Part shown: positions 1 to 10,670 of the stretch, piece by piece | Layout: every line of letters begins with the position of its first letter | Numbering within the stretch: the stretch's first letter is position 1 | Assembly (NCBI RefSeq): GCF_009834535.1 | Contig: NC_045697.1 | Span: forward strand, 38,938,001 to 39,002,000 | DNA: 64,000 nt | Direction of reading: 5' to 3' | Origin: Camelus ferus | Taxonomy: Eukaryota | Translations under genes and position numbers: made by a program | Notes under the pieces: generated by a model | What the model saw: only the letters and a program-made list of their open reading frames with translations | Database searches by the model: none | What the model was told of the DNA's origin: nothing

Positions 1-307
1 GGTGAGTCTGCAGTCTACAGGGTGGCCATCAGGAAAGACAGGAGGGAACTTGCAGGCACGAGCTGAAGCCGCTGTCCACAAGTACATCTTCTTCTTCATC
101 AAGGAACCTCAGCTCTGCTCATAAGGCCTTTCAGCTGGTTGAATCAGGCCCCCCTGAACCTAGGATAATTTCCCTTACTTAAAGTCAACTGATTAGAGAC
201 TTTATTGACATCTGCAAAGTATCTTCACAGCAACCCCCAAATGAGCATTTGATTGAATAACTGGGGACTGTAGCCTAGCCAAGCTGAGCCATAAAACCTA
301 CCATCAC
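1..307 (-). mobile_element. MLT2-family (ERVL) LTR, 5' part, cut by window edge
   Basis: Ends in tagcctagccaagctgagccataaaacctaccatcac, the reverse complement of the MLT2 start (TGTGATGGTTAATTTTATGTGTCAACTTGGCTAGGCTA); internal cccttacttaaagtcaactgatt motif. Confidence 0.8.
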
Positions 308-497
308 TTATTCAACCTCAGCTCTCTCCTCCGCAGCCCCTCCCTTGATTCAGACCACCATCACTTCTACCCTGAATTACTGCTTTAGCCTCCTCACCTG
401 TTTCCCTGTTTCTTCTCTTGTCTTCCCTGCCCCTCCCCACAACTGTTCTCAACAGAGCAGCTAGAGTGATCATTACCCCATGGCTCAAAGCCCTCAT

Positions 498-1035
498 TGT
501 GGGTGGAATCAAGGTTTCCCAAAGATGTCATGTCCTAATCCCCAGAACCTGTGAATATGTTATCTCACAAGGCAATGAGGATGTGCTTAGGGCATGGACC
601 TTGGGTTAGAGAGAGGACTCTGGATTACCAGGTGGGCCCTGTCTAATCACAGGAGTTCTTAAAAGTGGAAGAGGGAGGCAGAAGAGTGAAATCAGAGAGA
701 TCTGCAGTGAGATGGACTTGGCCCTCTACTGCTGGCTTTGAAAGTGGAGGAAGGGGCCGCAGCCCACAGTAGAAAAAAAAGAAAGAACGGGGGGGGGAAA
801 GTCCTCAGTCCTACATCTGCATGGAACTGAATTCTGCCAACAAACCAAACGAGCAAGAAAAAGGATTCTCCCCTAGAGCTTCCAGTGAAAAATGCTGCCC
901 AGCCATCAGCTAGATTTCAGCCTGGCAAGACCTGTGTCGGAGTTCTGATCGATAGAACTGTAAGGTACAAATTTGTGTTGCTTAAGCCACTCGGTTTGCG
1001 GTAATTTGTTACCACAGCAATAGAAAACAAATACA
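498..1035 (+). mobile_element. MaLR solo LTR (MLT1D/E-like)
   Basis: Starts tgtgggtgg...cccaaagatgtcatgtcctaatccccagaacctgtgaatatgtta; ends taagccactcggtttgcggtaatttgttaccacagcaatagaaaacaaataca. Confidence 0.85.
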
Positions 1036-1147
1036 GGCCTCGGTGACTTCCGAGTAAAAGCCAAACTCCACAGACTCCCCACCGCCCCTCCTCTCTGGCG
1101 TCATTTCCTCCTCCTCTCTGTCACCCCTTCACCCCCTCCATCAACTC

Positions 1148-1350
1148 CAGGGCCTGGACTGGAGTGAAGTTTGTGAGGCACTAGCCTTGAGATGCCAAAA
1201 CCCTCAGTAATCAAGAGAAATAATGTTTTTAATGTAATATCAAAAGTAATGCAAAAAAAATCCATGATACACAAAATATAAATATTTGGAAGAAAGACAG
1301 GATCCACCCCTGCATTTGCACACCTCGCCTCCCCCTAGTCCCCAGCCCTG
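1148..1350. mobile_element. MER96-type non-autonomous hAT DNA transposon
   Basis: Imperfect terminal inverted repeats cagggcctggactggagtga / ctcgcctccccctagtccccagccctg; core ctcagtaatcaag...aatgcaaaaaaaatccatgat. Confidence 0.75.
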
Positions 1351-1605
1351 ATCCTTATTGCTCTCAAACTTCCAGCTCTCTCCATCAGCAGCACTTTTCC
1401 ATTTGCTTTTGTCCCACATATCTGCAAAGCTCCCTCCTGCACCTGCTTTGGCCTTTGCTCAAATATTAGCTTCATAATAAGGCTTCCCTGAGACTTTATT
1501 TAAAATCGTGGCGCCCCTCACCAGCTCCCTCTGACCCCTCCATTGCTTTCTATTTCCCCTAAAGCATATTACACACCTAACATTCTATTTTATTTTTTTT
1601 ACTAT

Positions 1606-2092
1606 TGTAAGGGAGGTAAAATTTCTCCTCTACCCTCTTAGGGTTTCCACCTGGGACTGTCTTAAGAGATTAACAGGAGAAAAACATAAAACTTTTATTG
1701 TAATAAAATTTGACATTTTATATGGGAGTCCTCACAGGAAAATGAAGCCCCAAAGAAATGTGTAGGCCTAAGTGCTTATAGACTGAGTTTAACAAAGAGT
1801 GACAGTTGTGGAAAGGCAACTAAAATATATGGAAAAGTAACTAAAATGTAAGAAAGATAAGAGTTAGTTTAACAAGGTCTGTCTGTATTGGTGTCTCTCA
1901 GCCGGGACTCTCCGTCTCTTTTCCTCCTGGTATAAGGAGGGTGTCTTTCACTTGGGAGATTCATCCTCTGTTTTCAGGAAGAAAAAGGGAGGTCAGAGTG
2001 CCTTTCACACCTGTTTTTCAAGTGCCTTTAGCTGGAAAGAAGCAGCATGCCAAAGTGGCATATTTTGGGGTGGCGTGCTCTAAACCCCTTCC
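1606..2092 (-). mobile_element. ERV1-class solo LTR (MER34/MER39-like)
   Basis: Right end gcatgccaaagtggcatattttggggtggcgtgctctaaaccccttc is the reverse complement of the MER34/39 start; 4-bp TSD ctat at 1602-1605 and 2093-2096. Confidence 0.8.
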
Positions 2093-2271
2093 CTATTGTT
2101 CACTGCTGTTTCACTGCGGCCTAACTGTATGCGGCACGCGGTAGGTGTTCCATAGGTATTTGTAGTAGGAATGAGGGAAGGGAGGGAGGGGGAGGAGGGA
2201 GAGAGAGGGGAAGGGTAGAAAATGTTAATGGGGGAACAAGGTGTGTGTATGCATTCAAGAAAGTACTTTCC

Positions 2272-2656
2272 TGTTGTGGGCACAATGAGGTGGCCATTCA
2301 GTGAGCCAATGACAACGTGGGTTGGTAGAAGAATTTACCAGAGATTGAGTATAAGAACAGACGAGTTTATTAGGGTATGCTGTCAGACAATAGCAGGCTG
2401 CACAGGCGAGGGGTGCCTGCATGAGCACTGAGGCCTGTTGTTGGGGTGTTTTATAAGCTCAGGTCACAAGGTGCCTGATCGGCTTGTGCACAAGTCTCTG
2501 ATTGGTTGTAGGTGAGGTAAGAGGTTTAGGGTCTGTGAAGGGTGGTGGGATTTATGACTCTGGTAAGGTGGGCTGAAACAAGCCAGCCTGAGCTATTGGG
2601 AGATTAGGCATGGCCTAGGGCTATTAGATTGTTAGGGGAAACACCCCCAGTAAACA
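2272..2656 (-). mobile_element. Solo LTR-like element, family not recognised
   Basis: tg...ca ends; on the minus strand CCAAT (2501-2505), TATAAAA (2449-2455) and AATAAA (2366-2371) in LTR order; boundaries uncertain. Confidence 0.55.
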
Positions 2657-3269
2657 ATGTACTTCATCTGTTGAGAGATCACAGCCAGACATCTGAGAGC
2701 CCAGAAATGGGGGTCATCGGACTCTGAAGGACGTCAGTTGGCCCAACATTTCCCATTGGTTTATTGAAGCCTAAAATCCCTGAAGAACTGCAATAAGTTT
2801 TAATGTCTGTTTTAAGAACCATCAGTTTATAAGCAGGGTTATTTTTTTCCTCTCCCAAAGGAGAAAGCCAAAAAGAGCCAACGTGTTCTATTAGATTAAT
2901 TAGCAGATTTGGATTAGCTGTGTACTTTCCTAGGGCATTAGCTGAAATTCTGGGAAATTCAAAATTCTGTTTGAAGCCCATACTATTTGTCTGAAAATCT
3001 TTGATACACAGTCCCTGCAGTCCTGTGTTTAATAATCCCTAGAGATTTTATTCACTTCTACTTCCCCCTCAACTAAAAATTCAGTTTTAGTGATCTCTTT
3101 CCTCCAATTTCTTATGAGTGGATTCTAATAATGCTATTGTCATAAAGTCTTTGATAACTTGCATCATAGATAAATTGATTTTTCTGCCACAATAACAAAA
3201 GATTGTCTAGATAATAAATTATATATATATAAATATGTATTTCAAGTTGGATTGGGAAAATAGACCCAA

Positions 3270-3530
3270 TTTTTTTTTAATTGAACTATAGTCAGTTACA
3301 ATGTGTCAGTCCCTGGTGTACAGCATAATGTCCCAGTCATGCATATACATACATATTTTCATTTTCATATTCTTTTTCATTAAAGGTTATTACAAGATAT
3401 TGAATATAGTTCTCTGTGCTATACAGAATAAATTTGTTCTTTAATTTATTTTTATACATAGTAGTTAATATTTGCAAATCTTGAACTCCCAAATTGATAC
3501 CTTCCCACCCCCTTTACCCCCAGTAACCAT
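3270..3530 (-). mobile_element. L1 3'UTR, 5'-truncated (camelid-type)
   Basis: poly-T then aattgaactatagtcagttacaatgtg...tacaagatattgaatatagttctctgtgctatacag; TSD aatagac(c/a)caattttt at 3259-3274 and 3531-3546. Confidence 0.9.
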
Positions 3531-3649
3531 AATAGACACAATTTTTACCACCATCCATTGACTAACACCTGTATGATTTAGGGGTTCGCTAAATACATGA
3601 GGTGGGTTTTAAGCAGAATGAACTTGTAGTTGGTGGCACACACTAAACT

Positions 3650-3940
3650 ATGTGGATTGTGGGCTAATATTAGTGGCCAATGTGGGCATGTGTGGGACAA
3701 GTAAACAGGGAAACCAGATCAGAAGAGAGAAAAGAGAAGTGCAAGGTGAGCAAAGGCAGGAGAGGAACTCAGATAAGCTGGAGAGAAGAACATCCATTCC
3801 TGACAGCTCTTCCCGTTCCTGTCCTTGATTCCTTGCTTCCTGTCCGAGAGTTCCCACAGACTCGCTCCTTGGCCTTACTTAAGTTAGTTTGGGGAGCTCT
3901 CTGTTCCTTGCATTCAAAAAAGCTGACTGGCCTGTATACT
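3650..3940 (+). mobile_element. Old MaLR LTR fragment (late MLT1 subfamily)
   Basis: 3' end cttaagttagtttggggagctctctgttccttgcattcaaaaaagctgactgg resembles old MLT1 termini; heavily diverged. Confidence 0.4.
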
Positions 3941-4077
3941 CCTGAAGATGGTCATTGAAAAAACAAAGAAGTTGTTTGTGCAGACTTGGAAAACCACAGC
4001 CAGAACCGTGCAGTTTTTTCCACTGGAATTAAAGAGTAGGTTTTGATGTTTTTAGTGTATGAAAGAAAAATGAATTT

Positions 4078-4330
4078 CAACTAAATGTAGTGTCTTGGAT
4101 CCTGGAACAGAAAAAGGAGATTGGTAAGAAAACTGGTAAAATCTGAATAAAGTCTGGAGTTTGGTTAATAATACCAGTAATACCAATTTCTTAATTTTAA
4201 CAAGTGTACCACAGTTATGAAAGAAGTTAACATTAGGGCAAACTGGTGAAGAGCATACACAACTCTGTACTATCTTTGCAATTTTTCCTTAGGTCTAAAT
4301 TTATTCCAAAATAAAAAGTATATTTTAAAA
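4078..4330 (+). mobile_element. Ancient L1 (L1MC/MD-type) 3' end
   Basis: ggatcctggaacagaaaaagg...aaaatctgaataaagtctggagttt...ctctgtactatctttgcaattttt...tccaaaataaaaagt. Confidence 0.8.
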
Positions 4331-4419
4331 ATAGTCTTCAATTCCTAAATAGAGAAGGAAGTAGAAGGATGAAATTGAAATAGCAACTATGATAGAAGTC
4401 AGAAAAAAAACTAAAGTCA

Positions 4420-4515
4420 AATGTGGAGAACCTTGGGTTCAAGTCCATACTTGGCTTCTTCCCAGCTATACAGCCTTGGCAAAAACACTTCACCTCTCTG
4501 ATCCCCAGTTCCCTC
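4420..4515 (+). mobile_element. MIR SINE fragment
   Basis: gggttcaagtcc...ccttggcaaaaacacttcacctctctgatccccagttccctc core. Confidence 0.65.
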
Positions 4516-4869
4516 CTGAATTCTTAGTGGTGTTTGGGGAGGCAAACAATGATGCTGACAATGATCGATGAGTCAGCATGATGGAGTAGGAAGGAGAAAG
4601 AGTTGGTCCAGCCTACACACCTGAGCTGTGTAAGAATAAGTTCAACTTTCAGCTTGTATTTGATACTTACTTTTTTGCACTTTGACAAGTAAAAAGATCT
4701 CTATCATGCATACCATGACTGCAGCCTCTTCAGAGATACATGTTAATGTACATGGAAAATCATAAATCACAGTGTACACCTATTTTGTAGAGGTCACCTT
4801 TCAGGTAACATTGTCTCATTGGCATTTTTAATGCTTGTAATTGTCTTCATAAATATTTCAACTGCAAAT

Positions 4870-4903
<34 letters not shown>

Positions 4904-4906
4904 ACA
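4870..4906. repeat. (CA)n microsatellite
   Basis: Directly visible, one interruption. Confidence 0.95.
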
Positions 4907-4924
4907 ACCTGCTGATCAGGACTG

Positions 4925-5125
4925 TGGCTACAGAGTCAGGCTCTGGGTTTGAATCCTAACTCCACCACTGGGTGATGCTCATCTTCTCCTGTGCCTCATT
5001 TCCTCAGGCAGGGAAAATGTCAGAACTTGCTTAAAAAGATGATTGAGATGGCTGAATGAGGAAATGCATGCAAATAACTGAGTATAATGTCTGGCGGCAA
5101 ACAATAAAATACTGGCTCTTATTAT
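4925..5125 (+). mobile_element. MIR SINE
   Basis: gagtcaggctctgggtttgaatcctaactccaccact...tgtgcctcatttcctc...aatgcatgcaaataactgag...tattatt tail. Confidence 0.7.
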
Positions 5126-7344
5126 TACTGGATTTTTACAGTTTGTAATAACTTGAACACTACAGAAATGTGAAAATCTCCCAATATTTCACCTGCACAA
5201 TCCAAAGTATTCAGCTACAACAGTCTGATACCTGTTTCTCCTCTCCCTCTCCCCACTTGGGTTCTTTGTGTTTTTCCTGTCCATCTGTAAGGACTCCTCA
5301 TATTTAAAATGGTAAGCTTTTGTCTTCATATTTGCTGAATATTTTCCCCAATCTATTGTTGACTTTTTGTTTTGACTTTTGGCTTGGAGGTCACATGGAG
5401 GTTGGATAAACATGATTTCATAGCCTATGTAAAATAGATTTTTGCCTATTTCTGGCCTGAGTTCCTTTTCTTGTGGAAGTTCAGGGGTGTGGATAGCATC
5501 AAGACTTTGAGGAGTAGGACCAGGATGTGGTATTCAGTATCACTGCTCATCATGGCGGCACCTTCTGAGGTGCCCTAATTCCCATCTGGTCATGAGTTGT
5601 GGGTCCATGCAGGTCCCAACCCTGAGGCCTTTTCAGGTCTGTCGTCTGCCAGTGCCACATCTGGGACCCTCTTAACTGGGTCAGTGATCCTGCACTGGTC
5701 TTGCAGAAGCTCGGGTCTGTGGGAAATGCCGAGACTGACTGGGGCCTTCTTAACACACATAAGACACAGGTCACGTCCCTTCTCCTCTCCTGCACTAGGC
5801 TGAGCTTCTGGAGCTCTGGGGGCCTCTCCAATTGACTTCCATTCCTCAATTTTCAGCTGTGTCTTCCTAGACGTGGCAGGACCCATCGGAGCAACTATTT
5901 TTGGTAGATAAATATTCACATGCAGGAAGCGGGTAGGGGTGGGAGTGGGGAGACTTTCAAGAACAGCAGCTGTGTTCAGGAAGAGGGAGAGATGGAACTG
6001 GGGTGCAGGGGTAGCAGGAGCCCCCGCCAATTCCTCAGGAAGCTCTGACACGGAATGGCCTCTCTGAGTTATTCTGAGTTGACATAAGGGGCCTGGACCT
6101 CTGTTCTTCCGCATGGAAGAATTGTTATTACTGGTTGTCCCTAGAGAGGGGGCATCAGCTTGCGGGAGGCAGCCTTCTGTAATTCCCGGGGAGGGCCCCA
6201 AGTGAGAGCCGTCAGCAGTCAGCCCTCCCAGAAGCTGGGCAGGGGGGTGAGTTTCAGTCCCAAAGTGGGATGTGGGCAGCTTCCACAGCATCCCCAACCA
6301 TGGCCAACTGGCCTTTGAGCTTTCTTTTTGCCTTTGGTTGCTCGAACTCTTCACTCAGCATTATCTAATCTGTGGGGATAGCCTGGCTTTTTTATATTTT
6401 CCCTAACTCACTGTGTTTGCCCTGAGGCCTGGGACTTTGCCACTCCAAAGCCAAAAATGAGCCTCTTTTGTTATCCACATTCTGCTGTGTCACCCCTTCC
6501 CCGAGACGACAAAACAAAATGCCCAGCTGCCTAAATGTGGGGCAGGGAAAGGCTAAACAGGAAATGCTGGGACAATATATGACCCCGGCACATTCAGAAA
6601 ATAATATACAACGTGTACCTAACATTTACACGATGTGAACGATCCAGAGTGATGCTCCACAGGCTCTTCTTGCCTGATGAGGACAGAGAAGATGGAGGGA
6701 CTCTCAAAGGGCACCAGAGCACACCTTGCTAGGGAAAATGTTTCACAATCTCCAGGGAGTGGGGTGAGAAGGGATTAGTGAAATCTTTCTATTTAGCCAA
6801 AGGGAGTTGTGGATTTATTTATAAATATGAGAACATTGCAAAAGAGTGGGATCTTTTCAGAGGCTAGAAGAGATAGGATTCAGAGAACAGAATGATTCTT
6901 GGCAGGAGGAAGGAAGGGGAGAGGAAAAGTGGGCGGTGTGGAGGAGGAATAGCAGGACACTCGAGTTGCCTTCAAGTGGTGTCTTTTTCACTGACAAGTT
7001 GGAAGCAAAGTCATTTGATGAGCGTGAAAGAGGAAATGCTCAAGTGGAATGAACTTTGAGAAGAGAACTCTGCAGTGGCCCCATGGAGAGCAAGGGAAAG
7101 CCCTCTCCAGGGACATATGGGGAGATGGATGGGCACCACTAGAGCAGAGACGGGCACCACTCCCTGAGGTTGGGAGGTTTTCTCCAGCAGCCCTGAACGG
7201 CGCAGGTGTGGGCTCAGGTAAGGAAAAGTAATGCTTTATTTTGTTTTCTTCGTAATTGTTTTTAAACTACTGATTGAATACATCATATATAGCTTAATGA
7301 ACTCACAGAGAAGGCACTTGCATACCCAGCACCCTAGAACTCCC

Positions 7345-7757
7345 TATATTAGTTTCCTAGAACTGCTAAAACAAGCAGCCGAGTGGCTTAAAACAATAGA
7401 AACCTACCCTCTTGCAGTTTGGAGGCTAGAACTGAAATCAAGGTGTCTGCTCTAAGGGGCACCTTGCCTTTTCCTAGCAGCAATCCCTGCGGCTCTTTGG
7501 CTTGTAGCTGCAAAACCCCAATTTCTGCCTCCATTTCTCACGGTCTTCTTCCCTCTGTGTTTGCCTGCATTTCTGTGTCTCTCTGTCTTCACATAGCCTT
7601 CTTGTAATGACACCACTTGTTGGATTTAGGACCCACCCTCATCCAGTATGAAATTATTTTAACTAATTACATATTCAAAGACCCTATTTTCAAACAAGGG
7701 AAATTTTGAGGTGCTGGGTGAGCATAAATTTGAGGAGTACACTATTCAACCTAGTTT
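7345..7757 (-). mobile_element. MaLR solo LTR (MLT1B/C-like)
   Basis: tattagtttcctagaactgct...ggcttaaaacaatagaaa...ggatttaggacccaccctcatccagtatga...acactattcaacc. Confidence 0.85.
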
Positions 7758-7829
7758 ACCCAGTTTGTGTCTCTTTCCAGTCACTAGATGCAAGTTTGTT
7801 TGTTTGTTTGTTTTGGGGTTTTGCCACAG

Positions 7830-8095
7830 GGTATAATGGAAGGGAAATGGAGAAAGGAAGTTGAAAGTATGAGCAAAGAATTGTTGAGATGATGAAACAT
7901 GGAGTCTCTATCAGAGAAGAGGGAAGGAAGCAAAGAGACAAGAGATGAATAAATGGGGAAAGACAGGAAGAAGCAGAGGGTTCAGGGATTCAAGGTTTTG
8001 GTAAGGTTGAAGAAACAGGTCCACAAGGAAAACTAAAGGAGACAGATGGAAGGAGAGGAGATTGTGCTGAGAAAATGGACATTGAGTTTGACAGT
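7830..8095 (-). mobile_element. Possible L2 fragment
   Basis: Purine-rich degenerate sequence typical of antisense L2; no diagnostic end. Confidence 0.35.
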
Positions 8096-8242
8096 TTCTT
8101 CTCTAGATGGTTCCACTGAACTACCTGTTTATTCCAGAATTATTAATGTACTGTTTTCATCACTGTAATGATAAAATAGTTTAACCCTTTAAAATGCCTA
8201 GCCTCTTCAAGATTCTTTTTCCAGAACTTTCTTTGAAATTCT

Positions 8243-9165
8243 ATTTTTGCCTTTATTTCCATTACTTTAGGAGCTGGTTCGAAAAAAAAAAACATTCCTG
8301 TGATTTATGTCAGAGTGTTCTGCCTATGTTTTCCTCTAGGAGTTTTATAGTATCTGGTCTTACATTTAGGTCTTTAATCTATTTTGAGTTTATTTTTATA
8401 CATGGTGTTATAGAATGTTTTAATTTCAGTCTTTTACAGGAAACTGTCCAGTTTTCCCAGCACCACTAATTGAAGAGACTGTCTTTTCTCCATTGTATAT
8501 TCTCGCCTCCTTTGTCATAGATTAATTGGCCATAAGTATGTAGGTTTATTTCTGGACTTTCTATCCTGTTCCATTGGTCTATGTGTCTGTTCTTGTGTCA
8601 GTACCATACTGTCTTGATTACTGTAGTTTTGTAGTATAGTCTGAAGTCAGGGAGCATGATTCCTCTAGCTCTGTTCTCCTTTTTCAAGACTGTTTTTGCT
8701 ATTTGGGTTTTTTTGTGTTTTCATACAAATTTTAACATTTTTTGTTTCAGCTCTGTGAAAAATGTCATCTGTAATTTGATAGCAATTACATTGAATCTAT
8801 ATATTGCCTTGGGTAGTGTGGCCATTTTAACAATATTGATTCTTCCAGTCCAAGAACATGGTATATCTTTCCATTTGTTTATGTCATCTTCAATTTATTT
8901 CATCAGTGTCTTACAGGTTTTGGAGTACAGGTCTTTTGCCTCCTTGGGTAGATTTATTCCTTGGTATTTTATTCTTTTTGATGTGATGGTAAATGTATTT
9001 GTTTTCTTAATTTCTTTTTCTGCTATTTTGTTGTTAGTGTATAGATATGCAACTGATTTTTCTATATTAGTTTTGTATCCTGCAACTTTACCAGATTCAT
9101 TGATGAACTCTCATAGTTTTCTGGTTGCTTCTTTAGGGGTTTCTATATATAGTATCATGTCATCC
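8243..9165 (-). mobile_element. L1 ORF2 internal fragment without 3'UTR or poly(A)
   Basis: Well-preserved antisense L1 ORF2 (gtgttctgcctatgttttcctctagg, cagttttcccagcaccac, gtatagtctgaagtcagg); TSD tctttga(a/c)attct at 8230-8242 and 9166-9178. Confidence 0.9.
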
Positions 9166-9233
9166 TCTTTGACATTCTAAAATGTTTACTCTTCCAGTTA
9201 ATTTTAAAATAATGTCAAGTTACAAAAATTCTT

Positions 9234-9793
9234 CTTTTTTTTTTTAACATTTTTTATTGAGTTATAGTCATTTTACAATGTTGTGTCAAATTCCAGTGTA
9301 GAGCACAATTTTTCAATTATACATGAACATACATGTATGTATTGTCACATTTTTTTTTGCTGTGAGCTACCACAAGATCTTGTGTATATTTCCCTGTGCT
9401 ATACAGTATAATCTTGTTTATCTATTCTACATTTTGAAATCCCAGTCTGTCCCTTCCCACCCCCCACCCCTTTGGCAACCACAAATTTGTATTCTATGTC
9501 TATGGGTCTGTTTCTGTTTTGTATTTATGTTTTATTTTATTTTGTTTTTTAGATTCCACATATAAGCACTCTCATATGGTATTTTTCTTTCTCTTTCTGG
9601 CTTACTTCACTTAGAATGACATCCTCCAGGAACATCCAAGTTGCTGCAAATGGTGTTATGTTGTCAGTTTTTATGGCTGAATAGTATTCCATTGTATAAA
9701 TATACCACATCTTCTTTATCCAGTCATCTGGACATTTAGGCTGTTCCCATGTCTTGGCTATTGTAAATAGTGCTGCTATGAACATTGGGGTGT
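9234..9793 (-). mobile_element. L1 ORF2 C-terminus plus 3'UTR (camelid-type)
   Basis: Minus ORF MFIAALFTIAKTWEQPKCP..WIKKMWYIYTMEYYSAIK is the L1 ORF2 C-terminus; TSD caaaaattctt at 9223-9233 and 9794-9804. Confidence 0.92.
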
Positions 9794-9804
9794 CAAAAAT
9801 TCTT

Positions 9805-9953
9805 TTTTTAAATCTTCTTTTTATTGAACAAAAGATTCTTTAAATTCTTTAGTGTTTTACAATTTTCAAAAGTTCCACACCATGATTTCATATAATCCCA
9901 TAATAAAATAACCCTCATTTAAAATCCCCTACCCCTATATTACCCCTCCCTGC
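9805..9953 (-). mobile_element. Short older L1 3' end
   Basis: tttttattgaa...aaatcccctacccctatattacccctccc; flanked by acaaaaa(a)(c)ttctt repeat at ~9222 and ~9954. Confidence 0.5.
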
Positions 9954-10338
9954 ACAAAAAACTTCTTATTTTGATGTTGATTGGAAGTGCTTTAAACTTA
10001 CAAATTTATTTAAGAAGAATTAACATCTTTATTTAATATTTTGATCTAGGAAAATTTTTTTTGTTTTATCATTTCTAAGTCCTTCACAACTCTCAATAAA
10101 GTTTTATAGTTTTCTTTGTATATACTTTTGTAATGAAACAGAAATCTTCCTTCTGTCAGGGAGCCTGGACTAGATGACCCTATATCTAGGAGAAGGGTGG
10201 CTACATGGTCTCAGGAAAGTAATTGTGCCCTTTGATTACATTCTCAGAAAGAGAGGTCTTTCAAATGGCGAGTAGTTAATATTCTAAGGCTATAATGAAA
10301 GTGTGTTCAAGAAACCAATATAAAGACAAGGCTGTGGA

Positions 10339-10670
10339 CATAAAAAGAAATGAACTACTGATACATACTATATTGGTGAATCTTGAAAATATTAGTCCAA
10401 GTGAAAAGAGCCAGGCAAGAAAGGTTACATATGGTATGAGTCCACTTCTATGAAATGTCCATAGAGAGAAAGCAGTGGTTGCTAGGGTTGGGGGAAGGGA
10501 GGCTGCACAATAGATTTTTAATGGGTATAAGGTTTCCTTTAGGGATGATGGAAATGTTCTGGGACTAGATTGTAGTGATGGTTGTACAACATTGTGAATG
10601 TACCAAATGCCACTGAATTGTAAACTTTAAAATGGTTGAAATGGTGAGTTTTATGCTATGTGAATTTTAT
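10339..10670 (+). mobile_element. L1MB-type 3' end
   Basis: cataaaaagaaatgaactactgatacat...gatggaaatgttctggg...gtgatggttgtacaacattgtgaatgtac...tatgtgaattttat; repeat caaggctgtg at 10327-10336 and 10707-10716. Confidence 0.85.

Larger units (their letters stand above)
320..2185 (+). mobile_element. L2 LINE 3' region split into four pieces (~320-497, 1036-1147, 1351-1605, 2093-2185) by later insertions
   Basis: L2 motifs accaccatcacttctaccctgaattactgc...cagagcagctagagtgatc and L2 tail tgttcactgctg...ggcacgcggtaggtgttccataggtatttgt; pieces are colinear. Confidence 0.7.
8100..10130 (-). mobile_element. Ancient L1 (L1ME-type) ORF2 relic hosting three younger L1 insertions
   Basis: Colinear degenerate antisense-ORF2 pieces at ~8100-8242, 9166-9222 and 9968-10130 (e.g. 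ttgatgttgattggaagtgctttaaacttacaaatttatttaagaagaattaacatcttt). Confidence 0.55.

Noticed and set aside
2679..2981. 100-aa ATG ORF next to the unassigned LTR
   Set aside because: No env/pol/gag motifs or known protein similarity that I can recognise.
5590..6354. Longest ORF (254 aa, minus strand)
   Set aside because: Non-ATG start, S/P/G-rich composition typical of GC-rich non-coding DNA, no recognisable domain or convincing splice context.
8656..9180. 174-aa hydrophobic 'membrane protein' ORF (similar ORFs at 21344-22082 and 45337-45660)
   Set aside because: Antisense reading of A-rich L1 ORF2, a known artefact.
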